Assembly: GCA_964035545.1 (NCBI GenBank) | Contig: OZ037767.1 | Coordinates: 10,178,581 to 10,242,580, forward strand | DNA from: Bugula neritina | Taxonomy: Eukaryota; Animalia; Bryozoa | DNA length: 64,000 bases | Direction of reading: 5' to 3' | Shown here: positions 50,435-64,000 of the stretch, piece after piece | Layout: every line of letters begins with the position of its first letter | How positions within the stretch are numbered: position 1 is the stretch's first letter | Notes under the pieces: model-generated | Database searches by the model: none | What the model saw: only the letters and a program-made list of their open reading frames with translations | Told to the model about the DNA's origin: nothing | Program-made: the position numbers and the translations under genes

Positions 50435-50468
<34 letters not shown>

Positions 50469-52908
50469 GTATAACTAGAACTTAATCATCAGTATTACTC
50501 TTGCTATTACTATTAGTATTACCAGAATGAGCATTAGTATTCCTAATTGTAGTAGTGTATTATAATTAGTAATACTATAAGTATAACTAGTTCTATTAGT
50601 ATTACTATCAGTAATAGCAAAAAATAAAAAGTATTAGATTTAGCCTTGCTCTTAGATTCAGTCTATACCCTATCAATGTTTATGGCCTAGCCATATGCCT
50701 ATGGGCTATGGTTGTTACTCATACTGATACTGCATTACTAATACTACTACTACTAGCAGTACTATTACTACTAGCAGTACTATTACTATTAGTATTAGTA
50801 TAAGTATAACAGTAAGTGTAACTATAATTACAAGTATAAGTATTAGTAATAGTATTGTGTATTCTGAATGAGTATGAGTATCAGTTATCACTAGTGCATT
50901 GGTATCACTTTCATTTTCAAACCGGTTTAACTTTCTATCTTGAGTTTGACTTTGACTTTGAGTATAACTTAGAGTTATTGTTAAACTATAACTAATACTA
51001 ATAGTAATACTATAAGTATAAGTATTAGTACAACATTAACTATAACTATAAGTTAAAGTATTACTAAATCTATAACTATTTCAATTTCAATTTGATGAGA
51101 GATTGGCACTATAATAATAATAATAACTATAATATAAATATAAAGATTAATAATCATAATCGTAATGTTAAACTTGAAAACAAAGTCCAAAGTTAATGTT
51201 TAAATTAAATCAATTTAATGATAACCATAATGATAATGATAATGAGTTTTTTGTCACTTTAACTTCAAGTTTAGTTTAAGTTACCTTGAGTTATATTAGT
51301 TGTATTTTGATATCACTGTGAATATCCAACTGACATTCAGGATGAGTAGCCATAAGAGTGTGTCATTTCTGACTTCTAAAAACTATAAGTCCAAGACGTC
51401 TGCGATTAGTATCAGTATGAGTATGCGACTGACTCCCGAGTATCACGATCACGACGGAATTGAACCTGATGAGTGATGAGTGACGAGCCTCCGTCTGAAG
51501 TTGTACTTGTAGTTGTTGTAGTACAATTGACAAAATATTTATTTATGGAGCATATGTTTTTAAATTTGTGACTACTCTGCCAGTTGGACTGGAAAAATTG
51601 AAGCCACTACGGCCGACTACCTTTGTACAAAGTAGTTATCGACTATGAAGTATGAATAGCTTTCATTTTGACAAGAGCCGTGCTTTAGGTGACATCTTGA
51701 ATTACGCATCACTCTTGGATATAAAATGTTGCTTACAATTGGATAAATTAAACTGAAAAATTTTTTCCTATGAAAAATAATGGATGTTAAAATTTGTGGA
51801 TGTATTATTTATAAAATGTGAATGATTTTATTATAGGGCAGATAACTCTAAGTTGAAAGTGCTGGATCTTGTTCCTGGTCGCAACGTAGGTAGTCTGTTA
51901 TATTATAGGCACTAACATATAACTCTCGTTATATATTCCATTAGTTCTATGAGCTCCACTAATGGCTAAAGCTCTTTTGTTGTAAGCTAGAAATGCCAGG
52001 CAAGAGCAGGCCAAAATGAAGATATTAAAAAAGCTAGTGTTGCAGGTGTAAAGCAACAAAATCAAGGGGAAATATTTTAACAAGATTTTCAACTGCCTCC
52101 AACCTAAAATCAGCTTTATAGCATTAAAGAGTTCCGTCACTAGGCATAACTAACATACATGCATTTTAATCAAAAACGTCTGCTAACTCTAAGATACGCT
52201 AATTAGTTTTCAGTGGCCTAGAGAACTATAAATCTAGTTATATAGCTTATAAATCCTAATCTGCTTTTATAGAGCGCACACTTTTTCTAAAAGACTGATG
52301 ATATAAATCCTGAAAATATGTATTTTGAAGCATGAATACTCCAGAAATTGTCAAAAATATACTTTAATGATTCAAAACTCTGTGTCAGTCATAACCTTTT
52401 ACTTATATTTGTGTGTTCGTGCTTTTGAGCAAATATCACAAAGTAATAGGAAAATGTAACAACAGGTACATTGAAAAATAACTTTGATAAGACTATTATT
52501 AATAGGCCTACTGTTAACTTGTAGTATGTGAAAGCAGGTGATGATTGCCAGTGTTTTATAAAAAAATTTATAGTATTTAAATTAAGTAAGTTTCTCAGAA
52601 TTGAAGATAGGCATATAGACAGTTAGGTATTGAAGATCGATAAGCAAAATAAATATTTGACATCAACGTACATTAAATATTTTTTTTGTAAATTATAAAT
52701 CAAGAACTTATAAGTAAGATTGTCCATTTTCTACTTTTTGCAAAAATGCAATTTTGGACATTGATGAAAAATGTGGCAACATCCATATATAAAATATGCT
52801 GAGGTTAAAAATATTCACATTATTTCTTATATCAACGATTTATTGGTAATAAAAGAAAATATTACATAAAGTACCAGGGGGTTAAATAAGGAAGCAATGT
52901 TGATGTAC

Positions 52909-55900
52909 TTACTGTGCAAAAAACTTAAACAAAGAAAATACACAAATACTAAGCATTATGTAACAGCCAGAAGATGAGAGCTTTTGTGCATTACTGGGAG
53001 TTGTCTTTGCAACAGAACCTGTAATAAAAGATCCAGTATACACTGTAATGTAACAGTACATAATTATACAGCAATGTCACAGTCTATACACAGTAATGTC
53101 ACAGTATATACACAGTAGTGTCACAGTATACACACACTAATGTCACAGTATATACACAGTAATGTCACAGTATATACACAGTAGTGTCACAGTATATATG
53201 CAGTAGTGTCACAGTATACACACACTAATGTCACAGTCTATACACAGTAATGTCACAGTATATACACATTAGTGTCACAGCATATACACACTAATGTCAC
53301 AGGATATACACAGTAAAGTCACAGTATATACACATTAGCGTCACAGTATATACACAGTAGTGTCACAGTATAAACACAGTGGTGTCACAGCATATACACA
53401 CTAATGTCACAGGATATACACAGTAAAGTCACAGTATATAAACAGTAATGTCACAGTATATACACATTAGTGTCACAGTATATACTCATTAGCGTCACAG
53501 TATATACACAGTAGTGTCGCAGTATATACACAGTAAAGTCACAGTATAAACACAGTAGTGTCACAGCACATACACAGTAGTGTCACAGTATATACACAGT
53601 AAAATCACAGTATATAAACAGTGGTGTCACAGTATATAAACAGTAATGTCACAGCATATACAGAGTAGTGTCATATATTATACACAGTAGTGCCACAGTA
53701 TACACACACTAGTGTCATATAATATACGCAGTAGTGTCACAGGATATACAAGGTTAGGTTAAAACAGAAAATCGAAAAACAATGCACAATACTTACAATA
53801 TACACAGCTACTACTATTTGGTATTAAAATTGTGTTTTGGTTGAATAAATATTTATAAACAGAAAGAATATCTCAATATAAATTTCAACTATGCTAAGCA
53901 AGAAACAAGTTACGAATAATAACCTATCAGAGTTGTCTCCTCTAAATTATATGTTTTTGACACAATTCCAAAATATCAGCACAAATCTACCTATGTAATA
54001 TTCATTACATTCAATAACTTCATCCTGAAATCATCATTTAAACTTCTTCCAGACCCTGGCTTGTTTAATATCTTGTTCAACTCTCATTTATTAAAGACAC
54101 ATCTGACACAAACCCCTGCAAATATTACCTTGGAGTTGAGCGACCTCGGAAGACATGATGTTGACCCAGTAAGTATCGTGATCAACAGCTACGGCACCTC
54201 TGCAAATATATATCAAAACCACAACTTATTTTCTAAACAACATAATATATAGAGAGTTGCAATTCAGAAGTAGCTCAGCCTTCAGTTCACAGTTAATGAT
54301 ATTTGTGGTGTTGTGATTCCCTAGTAGCCCCTGTAGTGTGATGGTTAGCACATTAGCTTGCAAGTTGGCGTCTGTGTTTCAAATCTTGGTTGGGGCAACC
54401 GTTTTTACAGCATTATCACCACACTAAACTATTAGTAGTGATTTGCCGTTATATCAGTCATTTCAAACCATTCAGAGAGCGTTTCCGCATGCACATGTAT
54501 AAGCTAATTTCACCTTCCCCTCCGTACAAGAATAGCGCAATATTTACAGCATTATGAGCAACATGCAATGTATTTTTTTTAAACAATAAAAATATGCAGT
54601 TTCAACTTTGTACGAGAACAACAGTGTGTGCTTACTGGAAGTGAAGACTGCCAGTGAAGGAGGAGGGTTGTTTCCATGTGAAGGTTAGGTTAGTCTTGGG
54701 GTCTGGATTGGTGTGAGTCACTGAGGTCTTCACATTGCTAAGTCAACAACAAATAATTTAATATAAATGTACAATAAGATATTATAATGTTTGCACAATG
54801 CTAACTTATTCATTTCTTCTTTTATAGTAAATCATTACTTTAAAAATTAAAACATCATTTAGTTTATAATATTGTGCATTGTACAAAACTATGAAACCAA
54901 TAGAGTATATAAACAAATTTATTATTTGGTGAAACTTAATGACTGGTCAAAATTACTTTGACACTGCCAAAACACAACATTGGTTACTCCACTGCTTAGC
55001 TGTGAGATTAAAACATTTCATTTATGCCGATTTGCAAAATTTTCATATTTGATTAAAGTGAATATACTTATAAGTTATTACCGGTGAACTGCAAAAGAAT
55101 TTTAAGAAAAATACAGTTTAAAATATATTCTATTTGCTACTGTATGGTAATATTTTGCCAGACACCCTGTTGTTATATGAAATATAATAATGGCTGCCTG
55201 TATACATTGAAAGTTCAAATAAAGAAATACACTACATCAAGTTATAAGAGCTTCTGCATAGCTTACAGTATAAAATCAATCACTGTTTTTACAAATAAAA
55301 CCAATTTTTTTTCTGAATATATAACCAGCATATGCTGCTGTATATCCAATCTCTATAGTCGTAGATTTTTATTCAAGTCGAGTTTATAGCCTTGTCTGAT
55401 TTCATAGACAGAAAATTATTCAAGTTGTTAGCATCTTCTAGAATTCATGCTACACAGAAATTCTGCAAGGTTATAAACTTACCAGTCATATTAGCCTCTG
55501 CTAAAATGTGTAGAAACATATTCATTCATGTACAGTTAATATAAAATTATGGAGTTATCTACTCATGCACTGATTAAACTACTCCAACCAATAGCAAGCA
55601 AGCTACTGTCACCTGACTTAGGAAAACATACTTGGACATGCAGGGCCCAGCCTGGGAGCCTGCAGGTAGATTGGTAGAATCAAACATTCCGACTCCCTGG
55701 CCATTAGTGTCCCTCGCCTCCAAGATGAAGCCACCATACTCTGGTCCAGTTATACTCACTGCAATCAGCCAAGCATGCAACATTCTTCGTGCTCCAAATT
55801 AACATGGCTACTGCCACCAATAGCCACAAGGTCAAATAGTGAATTCATAAATTCACTAAAATATTTATAGGTCGAATAAAATTTATCAGCAGCTCAAGAA

Positions 55901-56808
55901 TATCTCTAACTAACAGGAGTTGTAAGATACATACAAGCACCTGCTTTTTAGTTGTTAGTTGTCACAATTTGCAACCAAAAAGTACCTTTTAGGTTTTATC
56001 AAACATCATTTAAAACTTTGTACTACACTGTTTATTATAATTAGTACTACTTGATTGTATGATTCTTTACCGTAATTTGCTGTTTTGAAACTCATATTTT
56101 AGTGCAGTGTTTTCTTGAAAAAAAGAACTCAGCAAACTGTCAAAATAATAATTTAAGCCTCTTCGCATACAGTTCTATGAAAACACAGAGAATTCTACAA
56201 CTCACCCATGAGTGTTCCATCAGAAAGCCAATTGGATTTGTCTACATTAATAGAGTACGGAGAGGGCGTGGGCTGAGGGGTGGTGTTGACGTGTATTGGT
56301 GCCAAAGAAGAGCATGCTGGTTCAGGGGCCCCTGTGGGATACCCGTACGTAGCGGCAGCAAGACAGACAGCAATAGCAAAGAAAGTCTAAACACATAATG
56401 CTCTGTTTACCTCAGCATAACAAAACGGTGTATATTCATGACTTCTCCCAGCTGAGAAATAATGTACTTACTACATAAAATTATTCTGTATACCCTAGCT
56501 ATATATAATTAAACATCTTCAAATTTTCATAATAGGAATAAATGATTTATTAGAAAAATTGTATTTATTTATATTTGCATTTGATAAACAATGTTTACTA
56601 AAAGTAGAGCAATATTTAGGATTTATGAATTCTGTTTTTTATTTAACTGCCAATCGAATTTATCTCAGTTAAATGCAATTGAACCCAATTAAAAACTTGT
56701 TAATCCATTAAAACAAGTTTAAATATATATGTCAACTTAAATAACATTTTTTAAAATGGCATCTGAATGGAAACATTCAAGAAAAATTCGTCAACTTACG
56801 TGAATCAT
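52909..56808 (-). CDS. Reeler-domain protein (defence-protein-like) with signal peptide and probable GPI signal; exons approx. 56800-56808 (tentative), 56206-56386, 55633-55759, 54635-54738, 54129-54199, 52909-53018
   Basis: FFAIAVCLAAATYG|YPTGAPEPACSSLAPIH..PQPTPSPYSI, YGGFILEARD..VGMF, C..VTHTNPDPKTNLTFTWKQP, DTYW; C-terminus SNAQKLSSSGCYIMLSICVFSLFKFFAQ. An alternative ATG-only first exon at 56999-57001 is possible. Confidence 0.85.
53036..53750. repeat. 22-bp minisatellite, ~32 copies, abutting the last Reeler-gene acceptor
   Basis: Unit CACAGTATATACACAGTAGTGT. Confidence 0.95.
54327..54397 (+). mobile_element. Degenerate tRNA-like head (SINE or tRNA pseudogene)
   Basis: GCCCC...GGGGC closing stem, A-box-like TAGTGTGATGGTTAGC and a degraded B box GTTTCAAATC. 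The arms do not pair well enough for a functional tRNA. Confidence 0.5.
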
Positions 56809-57351
56809 TTTTGAACAAAGCAAAAAACTTTCCAGTTGTTTTGCAGAACAGAAATCTGAGAGTGAGAGTGGACTGTTTGAGTAAAGATAAATATAGTTTC
56901 ATTATCAGTAATAGTGTTGGCTTAGTGATGTATGTGTGAACGTATGTGTAACGTGTGTACATAAAGGTGTGTATACTCTTAGATAGCAAAATGCTTACCA
57001 TACTCGATATAGATGCACAGTATTCAAACATCAATACACATCTACTGTGGTAAAATTTTATTATGTAAAATAAATTTATAAAGTATATTTACAATAACTG
57101 GAAAAAGCGAAAAAAGAGCACAAAGACATGCATATAATATCAAAGTAGAATTGAAGCTGATCTTTTTCTAGAACATTCTATTGGCCAAGACACAAATCTC
57201 ATAAAAATAAATGAAAATGACTTGCCACAATATGTATTGAGAAGTGGAAAACTGTGTCAACAGAAATATAAACAGACATGAATATTCACAAAACATAAAG
57301 CCAAATGGCCCACTGTTACAGGAGTGGAATAGCAGGTCTTAGACAGAGAAC

Positions 57352-60300
57352 TCAAGTGTTCCAGAATTCTCCACAGCTATCTGGCTTGTCCGCGTATCTC
57401 CTATCAACTAACCACGGTTCATCTACACACAAAAAAGACACTGTAAGATATCACACAATCCCATACACATACATATAATATCATACAGTAGCTTTACACC
57501 ATGTTACACACACACGCATGCACGCTTGCACGCACACACACACACACATATATACAATGCACACAGTACGTTCAAACTATGTCATACATATATATATAAT
57601 ATCATACAATAGCTTTACACTATGCCATACATATACAATACGTACAAAGCCACAGGTATAATAATAAATTGGTAAGCAGACTAACCAATGCCTAGATCAA
57701 ATAAACAGAAAGTTCTGTATATATATACGATGCAGATTCATCAACTTATTATCTCAATAACTAACAGAAGGATCAGCAGGGCCAGCACCAAAAAATAAAA
57801 ATTAGCTAATAAAGAGGAGAGAGAAGTGGTCTACAGCTGGTTGTGAAAAAAAGCACCAGTGAGTTGGGGCAGTTGCAGATGAGTTAATTATTTGAAGCAG
57901 TTGAACTTTCAAAGTAAACAATTAATTTTTAAAGTTAGAAAGTAAGTAAGTAGCCACGCCCCCTCTTCTCCCCCACCTTGTCCCCAGTAGACAAACTACT
58001 TGGCTAGATAGACATAAAGCAATTACATACATGCAGATTACAGTTGAAATTAAAGTAAGTTGTACATACCTGTAGGTGAATATGGGGTGAGAGGTAAATC
58101 AAAGGGGAAAGGGAAAGCATTGCCATCAGAATAAGTATTATCCACAATAAAGTTTTCCAAGTCAAACATCTAAAAGTTGAGCAAACATACAAAACTGTGT
58201 GGATAGATTGAAATGAGAGATAACACACTCAGCCAGGCACCAGGTGTATGTGCTGCATCAATACAATACATTACATTGCACATGCTCAGGTTTAGCCTAA
58301 GTTCCCATACTGAATAATTAAAAATGGCAATGCAAGTTTCAGAAACAAGTCCACAGTTGCAAAACACATGTATAGAAATATTTGAGGCAGAGCAAAACCT
58401 AACTTAAAGCCAAAACAATGGGAATTGTATGCAGTAGTATTTCCAGTGCAATTTAGTGCTTTACAATCGTATTATACACAAGGCAGTCTCAGGAACATTG
58501 TCAGGTGAGTTAAGAACTAAACCTCGGGTAGAAAGAGCACGCCCAGTTCATAGGATCTAATCATGAGCTGCGTTTCCTGTTTCTCCAGAGCACCCCATGC
58601 AGCCTTCGATAAATTGGAACTAAAATATAAAAACAATAAATATATACAAAGCGCATGCTACATAACAATATTTTAAAATTTTTATTGAGGCAGGTTTGTT
58701 TATTTAGTAAGTAATATCAAGTAACTAACTTCAACCAGGTATTTCCACTATGCATAGTTTATGATTCAAAAATAAAACTTCTATTTATGCAAATAGTTTC
58801 TTTGCTTTCAAAGAAATACTCACATTATTTATAATTTGGTGTGAAATGCTAACATCAATTATTGTTAAAAATTATAATTATAATGAAAGATTATTATCTG
58901 CTTACCTATTATTGAAAAAAATATTTGTTACGCAATTACTACAATATAATTTGCATCATGACTATTGACTACATCACGTGACCACACCACATGACTACAT
59001 CACATGACTCTAAAGTGTCCTTGCTCAACATAGCAGAGTAGATCACATGACCACATCACATGACCACATCACATGACCACATCACATGGTGAGCAGACAT
59101 GTGATACATCAGATAACAAATGTAGGACACTATAACACACCTCGTCATCAGAAACCAGGGAGCTCTCTTGTTATCTGGGGACAGTCTGAGATAAGATTTA
59201 ATGTGTGGAGATGCTTTGCTCCTTCCCCTACTTTCACTTCTCCATTCACTAGAAATACAATATATGATATATTCACTACATATAGGATACTGACTGTAGC
59301 CAACGTCAAGTGGTGAGGTCAACATTTTTAAAGATTGGTTTTTGATTCTCATCTCCCAGACAGTTAGTAATGCATAAATTAGCCAATGGGGTTAAAGGAG
59401 ATTATCTAGCCAGCTCTAGGGTTGCTACTAGACTAGTGTGAAGTGAAAGTTTTACTGATAAGATACGTTTGTAATAAAACTGCAAATCTTAAGAGTTTGA
59501 ATAAATTGTTTACACTTAGCAGTCTACTATCTGAACATAAATGCCAAGTCCTCAACAAACACTAACTATTAGTTTTATCTGGAGCAGAGCAAATATCAAG
59601 TCTTTTAGCCTAACTTGGAAAATTTACTGATAGCAAGTTGAAGCATAACATTAGAAAATATTGTATTAATATTTGCTTTATTGAAAAAACATCATACAAG
59701 ATGCCAACAAAGTCATTTACAGTCTGAAAACACAAAACAACTTTTTTTAGGATGCTGTACTCATTGTAGTCAGAAAAATTACTCACAACTCTAAACATAA
59801 AATATATGCAGCTGTTTTCAAAGTTGAATATTAAAAATCGAAGATAACTTAGCAAATAAACCATTTACTACAACCTACCTTATAAAGGACTTAATGTACA
59901 TAACTTATTAATATAACTTCAAGAACTTAATATAGCTTGATACAACATGAGTAAATTGATATAACTTACTATATGAACGACTTAACACAACATAATATAA
60001 CATGACCAACTTGAGGCAACTTACCACATGAATGACTTGATGTACCGCTGCTGATCATACGTCTGTTGGCTGAATGGTAAACTGCCGCCAGCCTGGTAAC
60101 CTTCTAAAGAGTTTCTTACATTCTCAACTGTAGGGAAAATCTAAACAATCCAATAACAATTTAAGTTAAAGGCTACATAAAGTAATTTCCTGCTATAGTT
60201 CAGACAGCTTGATTTTTTCCTCCAGCCCAAAGCCTTAATTAGGATCTTTATTGTTTAGTTAAAAATCCACCATCTAGGATGAAATGGCTTATTTTATAAA

Positions 60301-63300
60301 ATAACAATGTGATTTTTGTAGCCAACTTCATTAAAGAACTTTTAGCCCAATTGGATGCTTCTACAATATTCCCCTGCATTGAAAACTTTATCATCTATTG
60401 CAATAATCATTAGTGAAATTATTTGAAAATAAAATACAATGTGTTCATAGAACTTCACCAAAACCCACTGCCTAGAAACCGATAATTATTAAATTTTTAA
60501 GATCAGACATATAAAACAATATAAATAATAAGATTTCTGTCATACCCTTCCTTTACCCACATGAGCTAGAAATATCCTGCTAACACGTTATTGCGTCACC
60601 AGAAGGCGCAACATTCATTCACCTTACCATCATATGAACACTAAGCGCAGATTACATTAAATTATTATGAGACAAGAGGAGATACGTGCAGGTGATGTGC
60701 AAATGTAGAAAAAAGCTGTGTTATAGATGAGAAATATTGCAAAACAAGTTATGTTCTCTCAAAATTTCCACCCACACCATAAACTAAATAAAGATAATTG
60801 AAGAGCTTAGAATGTCAAAAAATCCTTCGTTGCTGCTCTTAAAATAAAAAGCTAGCTAAAATGGTAAATGCTTAAGTCACATAAGCATTATTTAATATAG
60901 TTTTGTATGTTCCAATGTTCTAGAATTTGAAATCTATATTTACAGTGCTTTGTGTCGAATATAATTTAAATTTACAAAGCGTTGTGTTGAACATGTTGAG
61001 TCAATGTCAAGTCATTAAATAACACAAACGGTGCTGTTTGACAGAAGAACTTGAGCTAAGTGACAGAAGAACTTGAGCCAAATGATTATATTGATGGCAA
61101 ACATCTCTGCTAAAGCAAGAATCCTATCACCTTTCCACCTGCTATTTATTGTGAAACCTTTCAAATTGGTCAGACCGTTTCCTACTCTTTAATGTTAATG
61201 TTATGGACTATTAATTAGTATTCATAAAGTATTTCACTAACCAGTTTCAACTCAGGTAGAGGTGCTGAGAGAGTGCCACCTTTAGTCATAGACAAGCTTT
61301 GCATAAACTCGCCTCGGAGCCAAGTGTTGGCATTTGCACCGAGTCTACCTATACTAGAGAATTGACCAATCACAGGCCAGCTGGATGCATCAGATGCTGG
61401 GCCATGCTGCCGCAAGATCTACAAAATTAGATTCGGATTATTAAAACTAGCTTCCTAAAAAGAAACAGTCAAGTTCCAAAATAAAACAGCTGCTACTCTA
61501 ACATGACGAGTATGAAAACCTTAGTGTAGACAAAATACTATAGAGTATAGAGAATACATAGATAGTTTTGTAGACAAAATACTATAGAGTATAGAGAATA
61601 CATAGATAGTTGTGTAGACAAAATACTATAGAAAATAGATAAGACATAGATAGTTGTGTAGACAAAATACTATAGAGTATAGAGAATACATAGATAGTTG
61701 TGTAGACAAAATACTATAGAGTATAGAGAACACATAGATAGTTGTGTAGACAAAATACTATAGAGTATAGAGAACACATAGATAGTTGTGTAGACAAAAT
61801 ACTATAGAGTATAGAGAACACATAAGATGTTGTGTAGACAAAATACTATAGAGTATAGAGAACACATAAGATGTTGTGTAGACAAAATACTATAGAGCAT
61901 AGAGAAGACATAAGATGTTGTGTAGACAAAATACTATAGAGCATAGAGAAGACATAAGATGTTGTGTAGACAAAATACTATAGAGTATAGAGAATACATA
62001 GATAGTTGTGTAGACAAAATACTATAGAGCATAGAGAATACATAGATAGTAAACAAAAACCGCTGGTTACCTTTCGGAGCTTAAGGTGGCCAAAAGAGAA
62101 CTTCTTATCCCCTAGATGCCGACCAGGTACGCTGCCAATAAGGCAAACTCTGCAAATAAGATAATGTACTGACAACATTGATTGGACAGAAAGGGGCCAC
62201 ACGTGAGAGCCATGTGCAGTTCATCATGTATATTATGTGAAGTTCATTTTGAGAAAAAAAATGTTATTTGCCAATACAGTGGATTTTGAACCTTTAAAGA
62301 ACCTGGAGTGCTACAGAGTTTCAAACCCACCTGCGCTTTATAGCAAATTCTTACATACAGTTTTACAACTACATAGTATGGTTATAAATAAGGTAATCTT
62401 TGTGCATTATGAGTAGCATGTGGTATGGTACAAGACCTCTAGTGTAATCTATTTAATCAGTAGCTGTTGAGAAACTAAGAATTGAAATCTACAACATTAT
62501 TGGTGAGAGTTGGTAGAAACATACCTACATTTAGACATATCATGCTGTCTGATGAGGTCTATCCATTCTGCTATGAGCTTGGACTTGTATCCTGACAAGT
62601 ACTCAATGAGATCCGCCTTGAAATTCGTGATTGAATCGCCAGATCCTAGAAACAGCAAAGTGTAGTAAAGAACTAATTATCCAGAATGGTAGTGCAGCAG
62701 CAGTAGCAGTAATAGCAGTAATAGCAGTAGTAGTACTAGTACTAGTAGCAGTAATAGCAGTAGTAGTACTAGTACTAGTAGCAGTAGCAGTAGTAGTACT
62801 AGTACTAGTAGCAGTAGCGGTAGTGGTGGTGGTGGTGGTGGTGGTGGTGGTAGTAGTGGTAGTAGTGGTAGTAGTAGTAGTAGTAGTAGTACTAGTGGTA
62901 GTGGTGGTAGTGGTAGTAGTATATAGTAGTAGAGGTAGACAGAAAGAGAAATAGAGAAGGGGAAGAGAGAGGGGAAGAGAGAGGGGGAGAAAGAGAGGGA
63001 GAGAGAGAGAGAGAGAAAGGAGGGGGGGGAGAGGAGAGAGAACTGAGTAGTTTTACTTACCAGGAGGACACAAAGGGCTGCACCATAGAGCTTGGGTTTT
63101 CTGAAACCAGTCCATAGGAATGAGGTTAGCAGTGGTGATCATAACTCGTATTCCTGTGGTGTATTTGAGTATCACCATCTTTGTGTGGTGAACACCGTAA
63201 GGGATGTCCAATTTAGCCTAACAATTCATACATATAAACTATTAGTGTGGATAGAGGTAACTAGTACGAGTTATACCTATTATATCACTAAGAGAAATGC

Positions 63301-63783
63301 TAAGGACTGCCACTTCACAACTATAGCAATTCCCTTTTCTTTATTCACTATAATCAGGAGGTAAATCAACACTAAAAACTGAAATAATGGTTTGCCAACT
63401 ATTTTTGATAACTTTTTATACGTCCATCACCATTTAAAATATTCTATTGCATAAAGCTACCCACTTTATTAAATGAATACAAATTCCTGACTTTCCATAA
63501 ATCAATATCTGCTTGACTGTCAAAACAAAGCAACAGGTCGAAGTTCAAACTTAGTTGGTTTAAGCCAGTCTGTCTTCTTTAACCCAAACTCTGTCTGACT
63601 GTATGTAACTTACACTTATCAAATACTTACTTCTACTATTTTTATATTGCTATTTGAGCCTCTCTGTTCCAAGAGCTCTATACGTGAGTCACCCTTTAGT
63701 CCATGGACCACAGTCATAGGTTTGTTCCGGTCACACGGTTTATACTGTTGTCTGATCCAATCCAAGTCAAACATGTAACTCAG
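57352..63783 (-). CDS. TDP1: Tyrosyl-DNA phosphodiesterase 1, 3' ten exons (5' exons lie beyond the window)
   Basis: [16 protein letters not shown]; first HKN motif [27 protein letters not shown]; LIGSVPGRH; [11 protein letters not shown]; [21 protein letters not shown]; second motif [28 protein letters not shown]; DEPW. Confidence 0.97.
61525..62050. repeat. 44-bp minisatellite, ~12 copies, TDP1 intron
   Basis: Unit TGTAGACAAAATACTATAGAGTATAGAGAATACATAGATAGTTG. Confidence 0.95.
62689..63040. repeat. GTA/GCA/GTG microsatellite followed by a GA-rich polypurine tract, TDP1 intron
   Basis: Directly visible; it explains the poly-Val ORF 62631..62954. Confidence 0.9.
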
Positions 63784-63933
63784 CTATGAAGTAGACCAGT
63801 ACAACAGGCTGTATACACACTGGAATATCTTTTAGAGTTTGTATGTCAAAGCTGTTTAAAGACAAGCTATAGGAACTGCGTAAGCCATAATATACTACAG
63901 AAATAGAATATATTACTCTACATCATACTAGCG

Positions 63934-64000
63934 CAGGGGTGAGCAACTTCTTTTGCATGAGGGTCAAGTTCAGGGGTCAGCCAAAACAAAGGGCCACACG
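63934..64000. mobile_element. Start of another hAT-like MITE (runs out of the window)
   Basis: CAGGGGTGAGCAACTTCTTT...AAGGGCCAC resembles the left end of the 12273 element. Confidence 0.5.

Noticed and set aside
51540-52050. Exon-like stretches divergent from CDC73 (also 14640-15060 next to LEO1)
   Set aside because: I could not build a stop-free spliced frame or recognise any protein.
51454-52330. CTGATGA motifs at ~51465 and ~52294 as hammerhead or C/D snoRNA
   Set aside because: The first lacks GAAA and is too short for a snoRNA; the second has no stem II.
54327-54397. Functional tRNA gene
   Set aside because: The T-arm/B box and anticodon stem are degraded; kept only as a SINE-like head.

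Overview
AT-rich, intron-containing genomic DNA from an invertebrate animal (not prokaryotic). Spliced genes reconstructed by hand from GT-AG junctions and protein similarity: LEO1 (-), TFIP11 (+), ISCA2 (-), a YjbQ/UPF0047 family gene (+), CDC73/parafibromin (-), a Reeler-domain protein with a probable GPI signal (-), the 3' part of TDP1 (-), and a tentative orphan single-pass membrane gene (+). Mobile DNA: (i) a decayed Academ-type DNA transposon whose 5' part is replaced by an inverted copy of its own 3' end (1-~4497); (ii) a young 2.9-kb LTR element (15418-18317) with identical 363-bp LTRs, a 4-bp TSD, a tRNA-Leu PBS and a PPT but no gag/pol; (iii) several MITEs and two tRNA-derived SINE-like copies. 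The LTR element is the best candidate for an undescribed system. It carries three small orphan ORFs, one an env-position membrane/coiled-coil protein, and an internal second copy of its own 3'UTR-PPT-LTR-edge module. Other notable patterns are intron minisatellites built from or abutting splice sites, and strand-symmetric 6-bp-periodic A[CG]T tracts beside most gene 5' ends. All exon boundaries and family calls are by eye; no database searches were run.
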